Shown piece by piece: positions 29,080 to 38,162 of a stretch of 64,000 bases of DNA. Below the pieces are notes generated by a model. That model had not been told where the DNA came from. It worked only from the letters and a program-made list of their open reading frames with translations, and made no database searches. The position numbers and the translations under genes are program-made. The stretch comes from Chitinophagaceae bacterium. GTDB lineage: Bacteria > Bacteroidota > Bacteroidia > Chitinophagales > Chitinophagaceae. The DNA is taken from contig CANFLL010000007.1 in assembly GCA_947447825.1 (NCBI GenBank), forward strand, positions 10,318-74,317. Reading direction: 5' to 3'. Every line of letters starts with the position of its first letter. The stretch's first letter is position 1.

Positions 29080-30450
29080 ATGAAAGATAACAAGATTGGT
29101 AAATACAGGTGGATTATTGTTGCACTACTTTTCTTTTCAACCACCACCAATTATTTAGACAGGCAGGTTATTGGCTATTTAAAACCACTTTTCTCAAAGC
29201 CTTTAAGCGAAGGTGGGCTAAATTGGACAAGCACTGATTTCGCAACTGTAACTTCTTGCTTCACCGCATTGTATGCAGTAACGACCATTTTTGCTGGCTG
29301 GGTAATGGATAAAATAGGCACTAAATTGGGGCTATCCATTTCTTTAGTTATCTGGTCTGTGTTTGGCATGGCGAATGCATTTTGTGGAGCATCAGTTTTT
29401 AATCATGCCGTCATACGAAGCTTATTTGGCATTGGCGAAGCTGGCAATTTTCCAGCTTCTATAAAAACAGTTGCCGAATGGTTTCCTAAAAAAGAGCGTG
29501 CCTTGGCTACAGGTATTTTCAATAGCGGATCCAATATTGGTGCAATGTTAGCCTCAATTACAGTTCCTATAATTGCTTATGATACTTGGTTTGGCGGTGC
29601 CATCAAAGGTTGGGAGATGGCTTATTTACTAACTGGTGCTATTGGTCTTTTTTGGCTTATCTTCTGGTTTATGATTTATGACATTCCATCAAAAAACAAA
29701 AAACTATCTGCTGCCGAGTTTAACTATATCCATAGTGATGATGTTGCCATTGCTGAAATAGATAGCATATCATCAGGCGTTGAAATAAAGGCTTCTTGGA
29801 GTCAATTATTGAAATATCCACAAACATGGGCATTCTTTTTTGGTAAGTTCATGACGGATGGAATATGGTTTTTTCTTCTTTTTTGGTTACCCGATTACAT
29901 GAAAAAACAATTTCACATGGAAGGTCATGCCATAATGTTTCCACTGTTTACCGTTTACGGAATTGCCATTGTTGGTAGCATCTCTGGTGGTAGTTTGCCC
30001 ATTTATTTTATCAATCGTGGAATGGAAGCTTATAAAGCAAGGATGACTGCCATGTTGCTGATTGCTATTTTGCCTTTATGTTTATTGAGTACACAATATT
30101 TTGGAAATATTGCCCATTTTGGCGATAAAGCTTATTTGTATGCCCTCGCTGTTATATGTGTAGGTGCGGCGTCTCATCAGGCTTGGTCTACCAATTTGTT
30201 TACTACGGTTTCGGATATGTTTCCTAAAAAAGTGATTGGGTCAGTAATAGGAATTGGTTGTTTGGCAGGTGGAATAGGGGGTGTTATGGTGCAACAATTA
30301 GTGGGGCGTTTGTCTGATTACTACGAAAGAATTCATCAGATAGAAGTGGCATACAGCATCATGTTTGCCCTTAGTGCTTCGATGTACTTGTTGGCTTGGG
30401 GAGTAATGAAATTGTTAGTGCCTAGGTATTCGCCAATTACTGATATATGA
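29080..30450 (+). CDS. MFS transporter (hexuronate/ACS-type)
   Basis: About 12 predicted TM segments. N-terminal KYRWIIVALLFFSTTTNYLDRQVIG is typical of ExuT-like MFS permeases. Confidence 0.85.
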   Translation: MKDNKIGKYRWIIVALLFFSTTTNYLDRQVIGYLKPLFSKPLSEGGLNWTSTDFATVTSCFTALYAVTTIFAGWVMDKIGTKLGLSISLVIWSVFGMANAFCGASVFNHAVIRSLFGIGEAGNFPASIKTVAEWFPKKERALATGIFNSGSNIGAMLASITVPIIAYDTWFGGAIKGWEMAYLLTGAIGLFWLIFWFMIYDIPSKNKKLSAAEFNYIHSDDVAIAEIDSISSGVEIKASWSQLLKYPQTWAFFFGKFMTDGIWFFLLFWLPDYMKKQFHMEGHAIMFPLFTVYGIAIVGSISGGSLPIYFINRGMEAYKARMTAMLLIAILPLCLLSTQYFGNIAHFGDKAYLYALAVICVGAASHQAWSTNLFTTVSDMFPKKVIGSVIGIGCLAGGIGGVMVQQLVGRLSDYYERIHQIEVAYSIMFALSASMYLLAWGVMKLLVPRYSPITDI

Positions 30451-30805
30451 TTTTTAAGGTAAAAGTTAAAAGTTGAAAGTTGATAGTCAAGTGAATAAAT
30501 GGTACGATGTCTAAAATCATATTTTGATTAGAAGAGAGGATTGATGATTGAAATTGATGAATCCATTATTGAATTTACATCAATAATTAACCCTTGTAAT
30601 AGATCTAGAGGGTGCAATGCATATTGGGATGGATTGGTCTATTGAATAATCAGGATTTATTTAAATTCATCGCATTTGTATTAAGCTATTTCCCAAACGT
30701 TTTACACTTTCGGGTACTATACCTTCTTATTATTAAAAATATGCAACTTTCGTATTTATCTATTTCTTGTACTTTGCTATTAATTAACAATTTAGAAAAA
30801 GCAAA

Positions 30806-32434
30806 ATGATAAAGACTGTTTATATAATTTTAGTGACTTGTTTGATAAACGTTAGTATATCTGCGCAAGTAATAGGTAAATCTAAAACTCCCCTAATGGG
30901 TTGGGCAAGTTGGAACCAGTTTGGTGTGCGCATAGATGAAGAGGTTATAAAAAGACAAACAGACGCAATGGTTTCGTCTGGTTTAGCTGATGCTGGATTT
31001 AATTACATTAACATTGATGATGGGTTCTTTAATGGAAGAGATGATAAAGGAAACTTCAGAATAGACTCAACCAAATTTCCACACGGAATGAAAGCACTGG
31101 TTGATTATATCCACTCTAAAGGGTTGAAAGCAGGGTTTTATACCGAAGCAGGAGAAAATACGTGTGGGTCTCAATACAGTGGACAGCCAGGGGGTGTAGG
31201 TGGAGGAATGTATCATCACGATCAACAGGATGCTGATTTGTTTTTTAAAACGTGGGGCTTCGATTTTCTTAAAGTTGATTATTGTGGTGGTTTGAAAGAT
31301 AAGCTAGATGAAAAAACTCGCTATACTGAAATAAGAAATGCCATTGATAATACGGGACGTTCAAACATTGCTTACAATGTTTGTAGGTGGCAATTTCCTG
31401 GTACATGGGTAACCAAGATTGCTGATTCTTGGCGTATTTCTAATGATATAAACTTTACACCTGGTTCTGTTCCTAAATGGAAAAGTATTGTAAGTATCAT
31501 AAATCAAAGCAAATATTTAGCTCCTTATGCTTCACCTGGGCATTACAACGACATGGATATGCTGGAAGTAGGGCGTGGGTTATCTACACAGGAAGATAAA
31601 AGCCATTTTAGTATGTGGTGTATTCTTTCTTCGCCACTTGTTTTAGGTAATGACTTAACCAAGTTGAATGCTCAAACCAAAGAGATATTAACTAATGAGG
31701 AAGTTTTAGCGGTCAGTCAGAATAGTGCTGGTTTTCAAGCGCATTTGTTGTGGGAAAAAGATGGTTTACAAGTTTGGGCAAAAAATCTAAAAGGGCAACA
31801 AAGTAAAGAGCGGGCAGTTGCATTGTTGAACACAAATTCAACAGAAGCAACTATGTCGGTTAAGTGGGCAGACCTAAATATTGTTGGCAAGGCAAATGTG
31901 CGAGATTTATGGTCGCATACTGATTTAGGTTTAATGGATTCCATTTTCACTGTTAATGTTCCTGCACACGGAATTTCTTTGGTTAAGGTTACTGCCGAAA
32001 AATTTTGGTTAAAAGATGTATTCGAGGCTGAGTATTCGTGGATAAATAACTTCAATTTAATGGATCATACAGTTGCAATACCAGATCAAGCTAAGGTTAA
32101 AGATGATGCTACTTGTTCCGGAGGTGCAAAAGTTGCTTTCATAGGAAAACGGGCTGATAATTACATAGCGTTTCAGGATGTATATGCAAATACTTCTGGT
32201 AATTACAAGCTTATCCTTTATTATTTATCTGCTGAAAATCGTGGTGCTACAATTTCAGTAAATGGAAAGGATATTCAACTTTCTGGGTTAAATTCAGGAG
32301 GATGGTCAACTGTTGCAACCAAAGAAGTTGAAATAAAACTAAACAAAGGAAATAATATTATTCGAATCTCAAATACTACAGCTTGGACACCTGATATAGA
32401 CAAGATTGAAATTAACTTGAATAAAGGCTTTTAG
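30806..32434 (+). CDS. GH27 alpha-galactosidase-like hydrolase with C-terminal CBM6/CBM35-like module
   Basis: GH27 signatures PLMGWASWNQF, YINIDDGF, KALVDYIHSKGLKAGFY and DFLKVDYCGG. The C-terminal ~130 aa have a CBM6/35-like pattern (SGGAKVAFIG...GNYKLILYY...VNGKD...IDKIEI). Confidence 0.82.
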   Translation: MIKTVYIILVTCLINVSISAQVIGKSKTPLMGWASWNQFGVRIDEEVIKRQTDAMVSSGLADAGFNYINIDDGFFNGRDDKGNFRIDSTKFPHGMKALVDYIHSKGLKAGFYTEAGENTCGSQYSGQPGGVGGGMYHHDQQDADLFFKTWGFDFLKVDYCGGLKDKLDEKTRYTEIRNAIDNTGRSNIAYNVCRWQFPGTWVTKIADSWRISNDINFTPGSVPKWKSIVSIINQSKYLAPYASPGHYNDMDMLEVGRGLSTQEDKSHFSMWCILSSPLVLGNDLTKLNAQTKEILTNEEVLAVSQNSAGFQAHLLWEKDGLQVWAKNLKGQQSKERAVALLNTNSTEATMSVKWADLNIVGKANVRDLWSHTDLGLMDSIFTVNVPAHGISLVKVTAEKFWLKDVFEAEYSWINNFNLMDHTVAIPDQAKVKDDATCSGGAKVAFIGKRADNYIAFQDVYANTSGNYKLILYYLSAENRGATISVNGKDIQLSGLNSGGWSTVATKEVEIKLNKGNNIIRISNTTAWTPDIDKIEINLNKGF

Positions 32435-32539
32435 TGAAATTGAAACCTTGTTTTCAAAAGATTAATACATTAAAATTTTTATTGCAAAGGATAGTTTGCT
32501 TGTAATCTCATTTTGCCACCGCTTTTAAAATGTTCATCA

Positions 32540-35080
32540 ATGAAACATACTACATCACTAAAATATTTATGCATAGCTGTTATGCTATGTTTCTATTATA
32601 AGATTTCTATAGCGCAAAGTGCAACAGATTATCAGCAAGCTAACACTTTTGTAAACCCTGTTTTGCCAGGAGATCATCCCGACCCGACCTTATTAAAAGT
32701 GGGTAAGGACTTTTATATGTGTGGTTCCTCTTTTCATTTCACACCCTTTCTCCCCATTCTCCATTCCACCGATTTAATTCATTGGGAAACTATTGGTAGG
32801 GCTGTATCACCAACTTGGAATGGACTGGCTAGTGGACTACCTGGTGCTGGTATTTGGCAAGGGGCAATAACTTATTTTTATGGTAGTTATTGGATTTATT
32901 TTTCTAATGGAAGTGGTAGCGGACAATACTTCACAAAAGCAGTATCACCCGCTGGGCCTTGGTCAACACCTGTAAAAGTGAAAGGTACTGCTACTACAGG
33001 TGCAATTGGTTATGATAATTCAATTTTTGTGGATGATGACAGCACGGCTTATATGCTTATTAAAGCTGGAAAGTATGTAAACAATATCCAAAAAATTGCC
33101 TCTTCTGGTAATTTGTCCGATACATTAATCAATTTAAGTTGGATGAACGCTACTGGTAAATATAGTTGGGCAGAAGGGCCTGTGATGTGTAAGAGAAATG
33201 GTTGGTATTATTATTTTATTGCGGGCAATGTGGGCGGCGGTCAATGGACTTTACGATCACAAACTTTAACAAGCGACTCTACCAAATGGCAAGCATTGGG
33301 TACTTTTTTTCAACCTATCACAGACCCATTGGTTGGACTGAAAGCACCTAATCATACCAGTCAACCTATACAGTTAGCAGATAGTACTTGGTGGGTTATA
33401 GCACATAGTTATGAATCTTTTTCTGGAAATGATTGGTCAGGACAAGGACGGCAGGGGATTTTATATCAAGTACTATGGGATGCTAATGGAAAACCAACTG
33501 CCGTTTCACCTTCTTCTGTACCTGCAAGTGTACCCATGTTGCCAAACACCAATAAGTTTAGGTGGCTACTTCCTTTAAGCGACTATTTTGAGGGTTCCGT
33601 CCTTAATTCCACATGGCATTTTCTCAATAAAACGGCCGCCGCTTCCTACTCTCTCTCAAATCGTTCTGGGTGGTTAAGCCTATTGACTTCAACTAATAAC
33701 AAAACGCACATTCTTCAAAAAGAAGGCGGTCATTATTATACGTTGGTTACAAAAGTAGATTTGAATGCCACCAAAAATGAACAACAAGGAGGTCTTTATC
33801 TAACAAATGGAGACGATTCTCTTTTTGCTAAAGTGTGTATTGGATATAATAAAGGGTTGAAGTTCTTTTTTTCCTTAGGCACTACCAATTATGAAGCTAC
33901 TGATAGCATTGGGAGTATTGCTTGGTTAAAGCTGGATAGAAAAGAACACTTATTGACTGCCTATTTTAGCGGTGATGGACTGAATTGGACACAAATTGGT
34001 AGTGCCATCAGTGCAATTAATCTTGATAAAGCTCAAGCAAACTACAATTCATGGGTAGGAAATAGTATTGGGTTGTTTGCCCAAGACACCACTGCAAGTT
34101 TTGACCATTTTGTTTACAAAGACGGCTTTTCTGATTTACCTATCAGCGGTTTTAATAATTACTGTGGTGTGTCTACTACCCAAAAAACTATCGGAAGTGT
34201 AGTAACTAATTCTACTTCAAACGGAGGATGGTTACTGCTAGGAGGTGTTGATTTTGGTGATGGTAAAACCTTAATTCCTTCGCTAGTTTCCATTACGGCA
34301 TCATCTATTTTGGGGGGTAATGTGGAAGTATGGATTGATGATATTGAAAATAATGGGGTAAAGATTGCTACTGTTCCCATCTCTTCCACAGGTTCAGTTG
34401 ATACTTGGAAAATATTCTCTAGCTCAATCTTAGCAGTCTCAGGGCAGCATGATGTTTATCTCCGATTCCCTAAGGTAAAAAGTTCCTTCTATTTACATGC
34501 CATCAAATTTATCTCGGCAAACACGCTCCCTATTAAGAGAAATATTATCAAGGCTATTAAAAAAGGCAATGCTGTATTGATAAATTGTACAATACCTTCT
34601 GTTCACAATAAAGTTGCCTACTATGAGTTACAGCGTTCAATCGATGGTATTCGCTATTCAAGTATAAATAAAATAAATATCCCAGCTAATGGTTTTTTTA
34701 ATGACAATTATTCTTTCTGGGATTATGGTTTCTCCAATAAAGACAATTTTTATCGTTTAAAAGAAATAGATTTTAATAATACTACCTCCTATTCAAATTC
34801 AGTTCTTGTGTCAATGCTATCATCCCAAGGAAAATTGTTAGTTTATCCCTCTCCAACAACAGCTTCCTTAAAAATAAATATTGAAGGTCTCGACGATCGT
34901 AAAACTTTGGTAGTAAACATTTCAGATGTTAATGGACGAAACAGATATTCAGAACAAGGACAACTCAGTAAGATAAATGCCGAACTGCCCAATTGTGTAG
35001 CAAAGCTAGATGCTGGTATCTATTTTATTTCTACCAATGTGAATGGGAAAATAAATAGCGAAAGATTTGTGAAAGAATAA
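32540..35080 (+). CDS. Multidomain GH43 hydrolase with ConA-like and CBM-like modules, a conserved pre-CTD module and a T9SS type-A C-terminal sorting domain
   Basis: GH43 N-terminus NPVLPGDHPDPTLLKV..FYMCGSSF. C-terminal CTD LLVYPSPTTASLKINI...GIYFISTNVNGKINSERFVKE. ATG at 32540 (MKHTT...) is preferred over the TTG at 32513. Confidence 0.88.
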   Translation: MKHTTSLKYLCIAVMLCFYYKISIAQSATDYQQANTFVNPVLPGDHPDPTLLKVGKDFYMCGSSFHFTPFLPILHSTDLIHWETIGRAVSPTWNGLASGLPGAGIWQGAITYFYGSYWIYFSNGSGSGQYFTKAVSPAGPWSTPVKVKGTATTGAIGYDNSIFVDDDSTAYMLIKAGKYVNNIQKIASSGNLSDTLINLSWMNATGKYSWAEGPVMCKRNGWYYYFIAGNVGGGQWTLRSQTLTSDSTKWQALGTFFQPITDPLVGLKAPNHTSQPIQLADSTWWVIAHSYESFSGNDWSGQGRQGILYQVLWDANGKPTAVSPSSVPASVPMLPNTNKFRWLLPLSDYFEGSVLNSTWHFLNKTAAASYSLSNRSGWLSLLTSTNNKTHILQKEGGHYYTLVTKVDLNATKNEQQGGLYLTNGDDSLFAKVCIGYNKGLKFFFSLGTTNYEATDSIGSIAWLKLDRKEHLLTAYFSGDGLNWTQIGSAISAINLDKAQANYNSWVGNSIGLFAQDTTASFDHFVYKDGFSDLPISGFNNYCGVSTTQKTIGSVVTNSTSNGGWLLLGGVDFGDGKTLIPSLVSITASSILGGNVEVWIDDIENNGVKIATVPISSTGSVDTWKIFSSSILAVSGQHDVYLRFPKVKSSFYLHAIKFISANTLPIKRNIIKAIKKGNAVLINCTIPSVHNKVAYYELQRSIDGIRYSSINKINIPANGFFNDNYSFWDYGFSNKDNFYRLKEIDFNNTTSYSNSVLVSMLSSQGKLLVYPSPTTASLKINIEGLDDRKTLVVNISDVNGRNRYSEQGQLSKINAELPNCVAKLDAGIYFISTNVNGKINSERFVKE

Positions 35081-35180
35081 AAGAAAAAAAGTTCAAAGTA
35101 AGCATTATACACGTTTAACATAGTAGGAAGTTTATCTAAATTAAGCAAACATAATTGCAAGATCATAAAATTATTTAAAA

Positions 35181-37958
35181 ATGGTTACACATAAATCATC
35201 AGTGTTTTCGAAGTTTTATCCTATCCTAACACTTATACTTTCTTTTTCATTGTTGGTTTGCAGTAGTAGCAGCCTTCAAGCGCAAAACGTACATAAATCT
35301 GGTGGATTGGCAGCAAGAGAGCGTATTTGTATTAGTGCAAATTGGAAGTTTTTTAAGTATGAATCTCTTGATAAGGCGGATAAACTTATTTATGATGTTC
35401 GCCCAAATGTAAATGAGGATTTAGATAACAGACCTGCTGATGCCAAACCTACCGAAGCCGTGAAAGTGGAAGCTACTATACCTATATTGAAATCTTTTAT
35501 TCTGCCTACTAGCAATGCTTTTATCAAGGATGCTAACAAAAAATATGTTCCTCCACAAGGTGATCCTGGCAATGATTTTCCTTTTGTGCAAAGTACTTTC
35601 AATGATGATGCTTGGAAAAGTTTAGATATACCCCATGACTGGGCTATTGATGGGCCGTTCTATAAAGGATATAACACTGTGATTGGGGGTGGAATGGGTC
35701 GACTTCCTATTCAGGGTGTGGCTTGGTATAGAAAAAAAATTGATGTTTCATCTGCCGATAAAGGCAAATCCATTTACTTAGAAGTTGATGGGGCAATGTC
35801 CTATTCAATGGTTTGGATTAATGGACATCTTGCTGGTGGATGGCCTTATGGTTACACTTCTTGGCAGGTCGATTTAACGCCCTACATCAATTATGGAGGC
35901 ATAAACCAATTGGCAATTCGGCTAGATAATCCAGTAAATTCTTCCAGATGGTATCCTGGTGCAGGTATCTATAGGAATGTTTGGATATCTAAAATAAATC
36001 CTGTTCACATTGCCCAATGGGGTTCAACAGTTTCTACATCAGATGTAACTAAAAATACTGCCAAGGTTAATGTTGCCTTATCAATTAATAATGTTTCCTC
36101 AGCCACTAAACAAGTTTTAGTGACTACTGCCATTTATTTATTAGACAGTAATTCAAAAATTGTTGGAACGCCTGTAGCCACCATCAATCAACAGAAAGTG
36201 GTTATTAGTGCGCATTCGTCTCAGTCAATTAATGGCGCTGTTTTTTTGGCAAATCCTCATTTGTGGTATCCTTTGCCCAGTGTTTCTCATAACCTATATG
36301 TTGCCCAAACCACCATTACTTATTTAGGTAAGAACATTGATCAGTACGAAACCCGTTTTGGTATCAGAGATATTCAGTTCGATGCAGATAAAGGTATTTT
36401 CATCAATGGAGAAAAAGTATTGGTAAACGGCGTAAACCAACATGCCGATTTAGGTGCTTTAGGAATGGCTTATAATGAACGTGCTGCTCAAAGGCAGCTT
36501 GAAGAACTACAGGATTTGGGTTGTAATGCCATTAGGATGGCACACAATCCACCAACGCCCGAATTACTTGACCTTGCAGATAAGATGGGTTTCCTAGTTG
36601 TAGATGAAATTTTTGATGCTTGGGAAAGAAAGAAGACTGGGCTCGATTTTCACCTCGTTTTCCCCGATTGGAGTGAGCAGGATTTACGGGCGTTGATTCG
36701 AAGAGATAAAAATCACCCTTCGGTAATTTTATGGAGTATTGGCAATGAAGTGGGTGAGCAGTACACTGGCGAGGATGGTGGAAAAGTAGCACAGCATTTA
36801 TATAACATTGCTAAGGATGAAGACCCTACCCGACTAGCAACTTTGTCCATGAACTATGCTAAACCAGATATGCCTCTTCCTTCAATTGCAGATGTTATTT
36901 GTTTAAATTATCAAGGGGAAGGTATCCGTAATGGACCTGCATATTCTGGGTTAAAAGGTATCAATACCCCACCTCTTTTTCCTGCTTTCCACAAGAAGTT
37001 TCCTAATAAAGTCATTTTAAGTAGCGAGAATGCGGCTGCTCTTAGTAGTAGGGGCGAGTATTTCTTCCCTGTTTTTAGTGGCAATAGTTCTCCTATCAAA
37101 GACACGCTTGGTGGCGATCCCAAAAAAAGACAAGTAAGTAGCTATGAATTGTATTCGGTAGATTTTGGTTCATCTGCCGATAAGGTTTTTGCAACTATGG
37201 CACAGCATCCGTTTGTGGCAGGTAGTTTTGTGTGGTCTGGTTGGGATTATTTGGGTGAACCAACGCCTTATTATTTGTCCAGAAGTTCTTATTTTGGCAT
37301 TATAGACTTAGCCGGATTTAAAAAAGACAGGTATTATCTCTATCAATCTCAATGGAGGCCGAGCCTCCCAATGGCACATATACTTCCACATTGGAACTGG
37401 AAAGAAAGAATCGGGTTAGTTACACCTGTGCATGTGTTTACGTCGGGCGATGAAGCAGAACTATTCTTAAATGGAAAATCCCTAGGCAGAAAAAAGAAAG
37501 ATTTGTACGAGTATCGTCTGCGTTGGGATAGTGTGCTTTATGAACCTGGAATTTTAAAAGTAGTAAGCTATAAAAATAACCAGCCTTGGGCAGAAGATAG
37601 TGTAAAAACTACGGGTGAGGCTGTTTCCCTGAATCTTTCTGCTGATAGAACAACCATTAAAGCGGATGGCAAAGATTTATCTTTTATCACTGTGAAAATT
37701 ACAGATCAGCAAGGGTTAACTGTTCCTCGATCAAAGAATTTACTTCACTTTTCCATTGAAGGTCCTGGCGAAATTGTGGCAACTGATAATGGCGACCCTA
37801 CTAATCTTGTTTCATTCTCCTCTAAAGTGCGGGAGGCTTTTAATGGTCTTTGCTTGGTAATCGTTCGTGGGAATGCAAACCAAGCAGACAACATAAGGTT
37901 AAAAGTTGCTTCTGCCGGAATGCAAACAGAATCGATAGTTATCAAAAGTGAAAAATAG
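35181..37958 (+). CDS. GH2 family glycoside hydrolase (beta-galactosidase/beta-glucuronidase type)
   Basis: 925 aa with a signal peptide. GH2 TIM-barrel motifs NAIRMAHNPP and WSIGNEVGE. Sugar-binding and Ig-like domain order is typical of GH2. Confidence 0.85.
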   Translation: MVTHKSSVFSKFYPILTLILSFSLLVCSSSSLQAQNVHKSGGLAARERICISANWKFFKYESLDKADKLIYDVRPNVNEDLDNRPADAKPTEAVKVEATIPILKSFILPTSNAFIKDANKKYVPPQGDPGNDFPFVQSTFNDDAWKSLDIPHDWAIDGPFYKGYNTVIGGGMGRLPIQGVAWYRKKIDVSSADKGKSIYLEVDGAMSYSMVWINGHLAGGWPYGYTSWQVDLTPYINYGGINQLAIRLDNPVNSSRWYPGAGIYRNVWISKINPVHIAQWGSTVSTSDVTKNTAKVNVALSINNVSSATKQVLVTTAIYLLDSNSKIVGTPVATINQQKVVISAHSSQSINGAVFLANPHLWYPLPSVSHNLYVAQTTITYLGKNIDQYETRFGIRDIQFDADKGIFINGEKVLVNGVNQHADLGALGMAYNERAAQRQLEELQDLGCNAIRMAHNPPTPELLDLADKMGFLVVDEIFDAWERKKTGLDFHLVFPDWSEQDLRALIRRDKNHPSVILWSIGNEVGEQYTGEDGGKVAQHLYNIAKDEDPTRLATLSMNYAKPDMPLPSIADVICLNYQGEGIRNGPAYSGLKGINTPPLFPAFHKKFPNKVILSSENAAALSSRGEYFFPVFSGNSSPIKDTLGGDPKKRQVSSYELYSVDFGSSADKVFATMAQHPFVAGSFVWSGWDYLGEPTPYYLSRSSYFGIIDLAGFKKDRYYLYQSQWRPSLPMAHILPHWNWKERIGLVTPVHVFTSGDEAELFLNGKSLGRKKKDLYEYRLRWDSVLYEPGILKVVSYKNNQPWAEDSVKTTGEAVSLNLSADRTTIKADGKDLSFITVKITDQQGLTVPRSKNLLHFSIEGPGEIVATDNGDPTNLVSFSSKVREAFNGLCLVIVRGNANQADNIRLKVASAGMQTESIVIKSEK

Positions 37959-38162
37959 TTGTAAAAAGTACAAAAATTTGCTAATAGGGCTTGTACAATA
38001 TGAGAAAAAAGTTCAAAAGTTGGTTTACACAATTCAATAATTCGTTTAATCGGGTTTCTGATGCCTTTTGAAATACAGTTTTCTCAGGGATGACAATTAT
38101 CTTTTGATTAACTCCTGTTTTTTCGGTTATTTGCAACTCATCGCCCAAAAAACATAATTTAT

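Noticed and set aside
30612-30809. Intergenic ORFs of 65-69 aa (30612..30809, 43811..44014, 51263..51472).
   Set aside because: They have hydrophobic, low-complexity, AT-rich codon composition and no motifs. They sit in promoter or terminator regions; 43811..44014 runs into the OMP terminator hairpin. These are likely chance ORFs.
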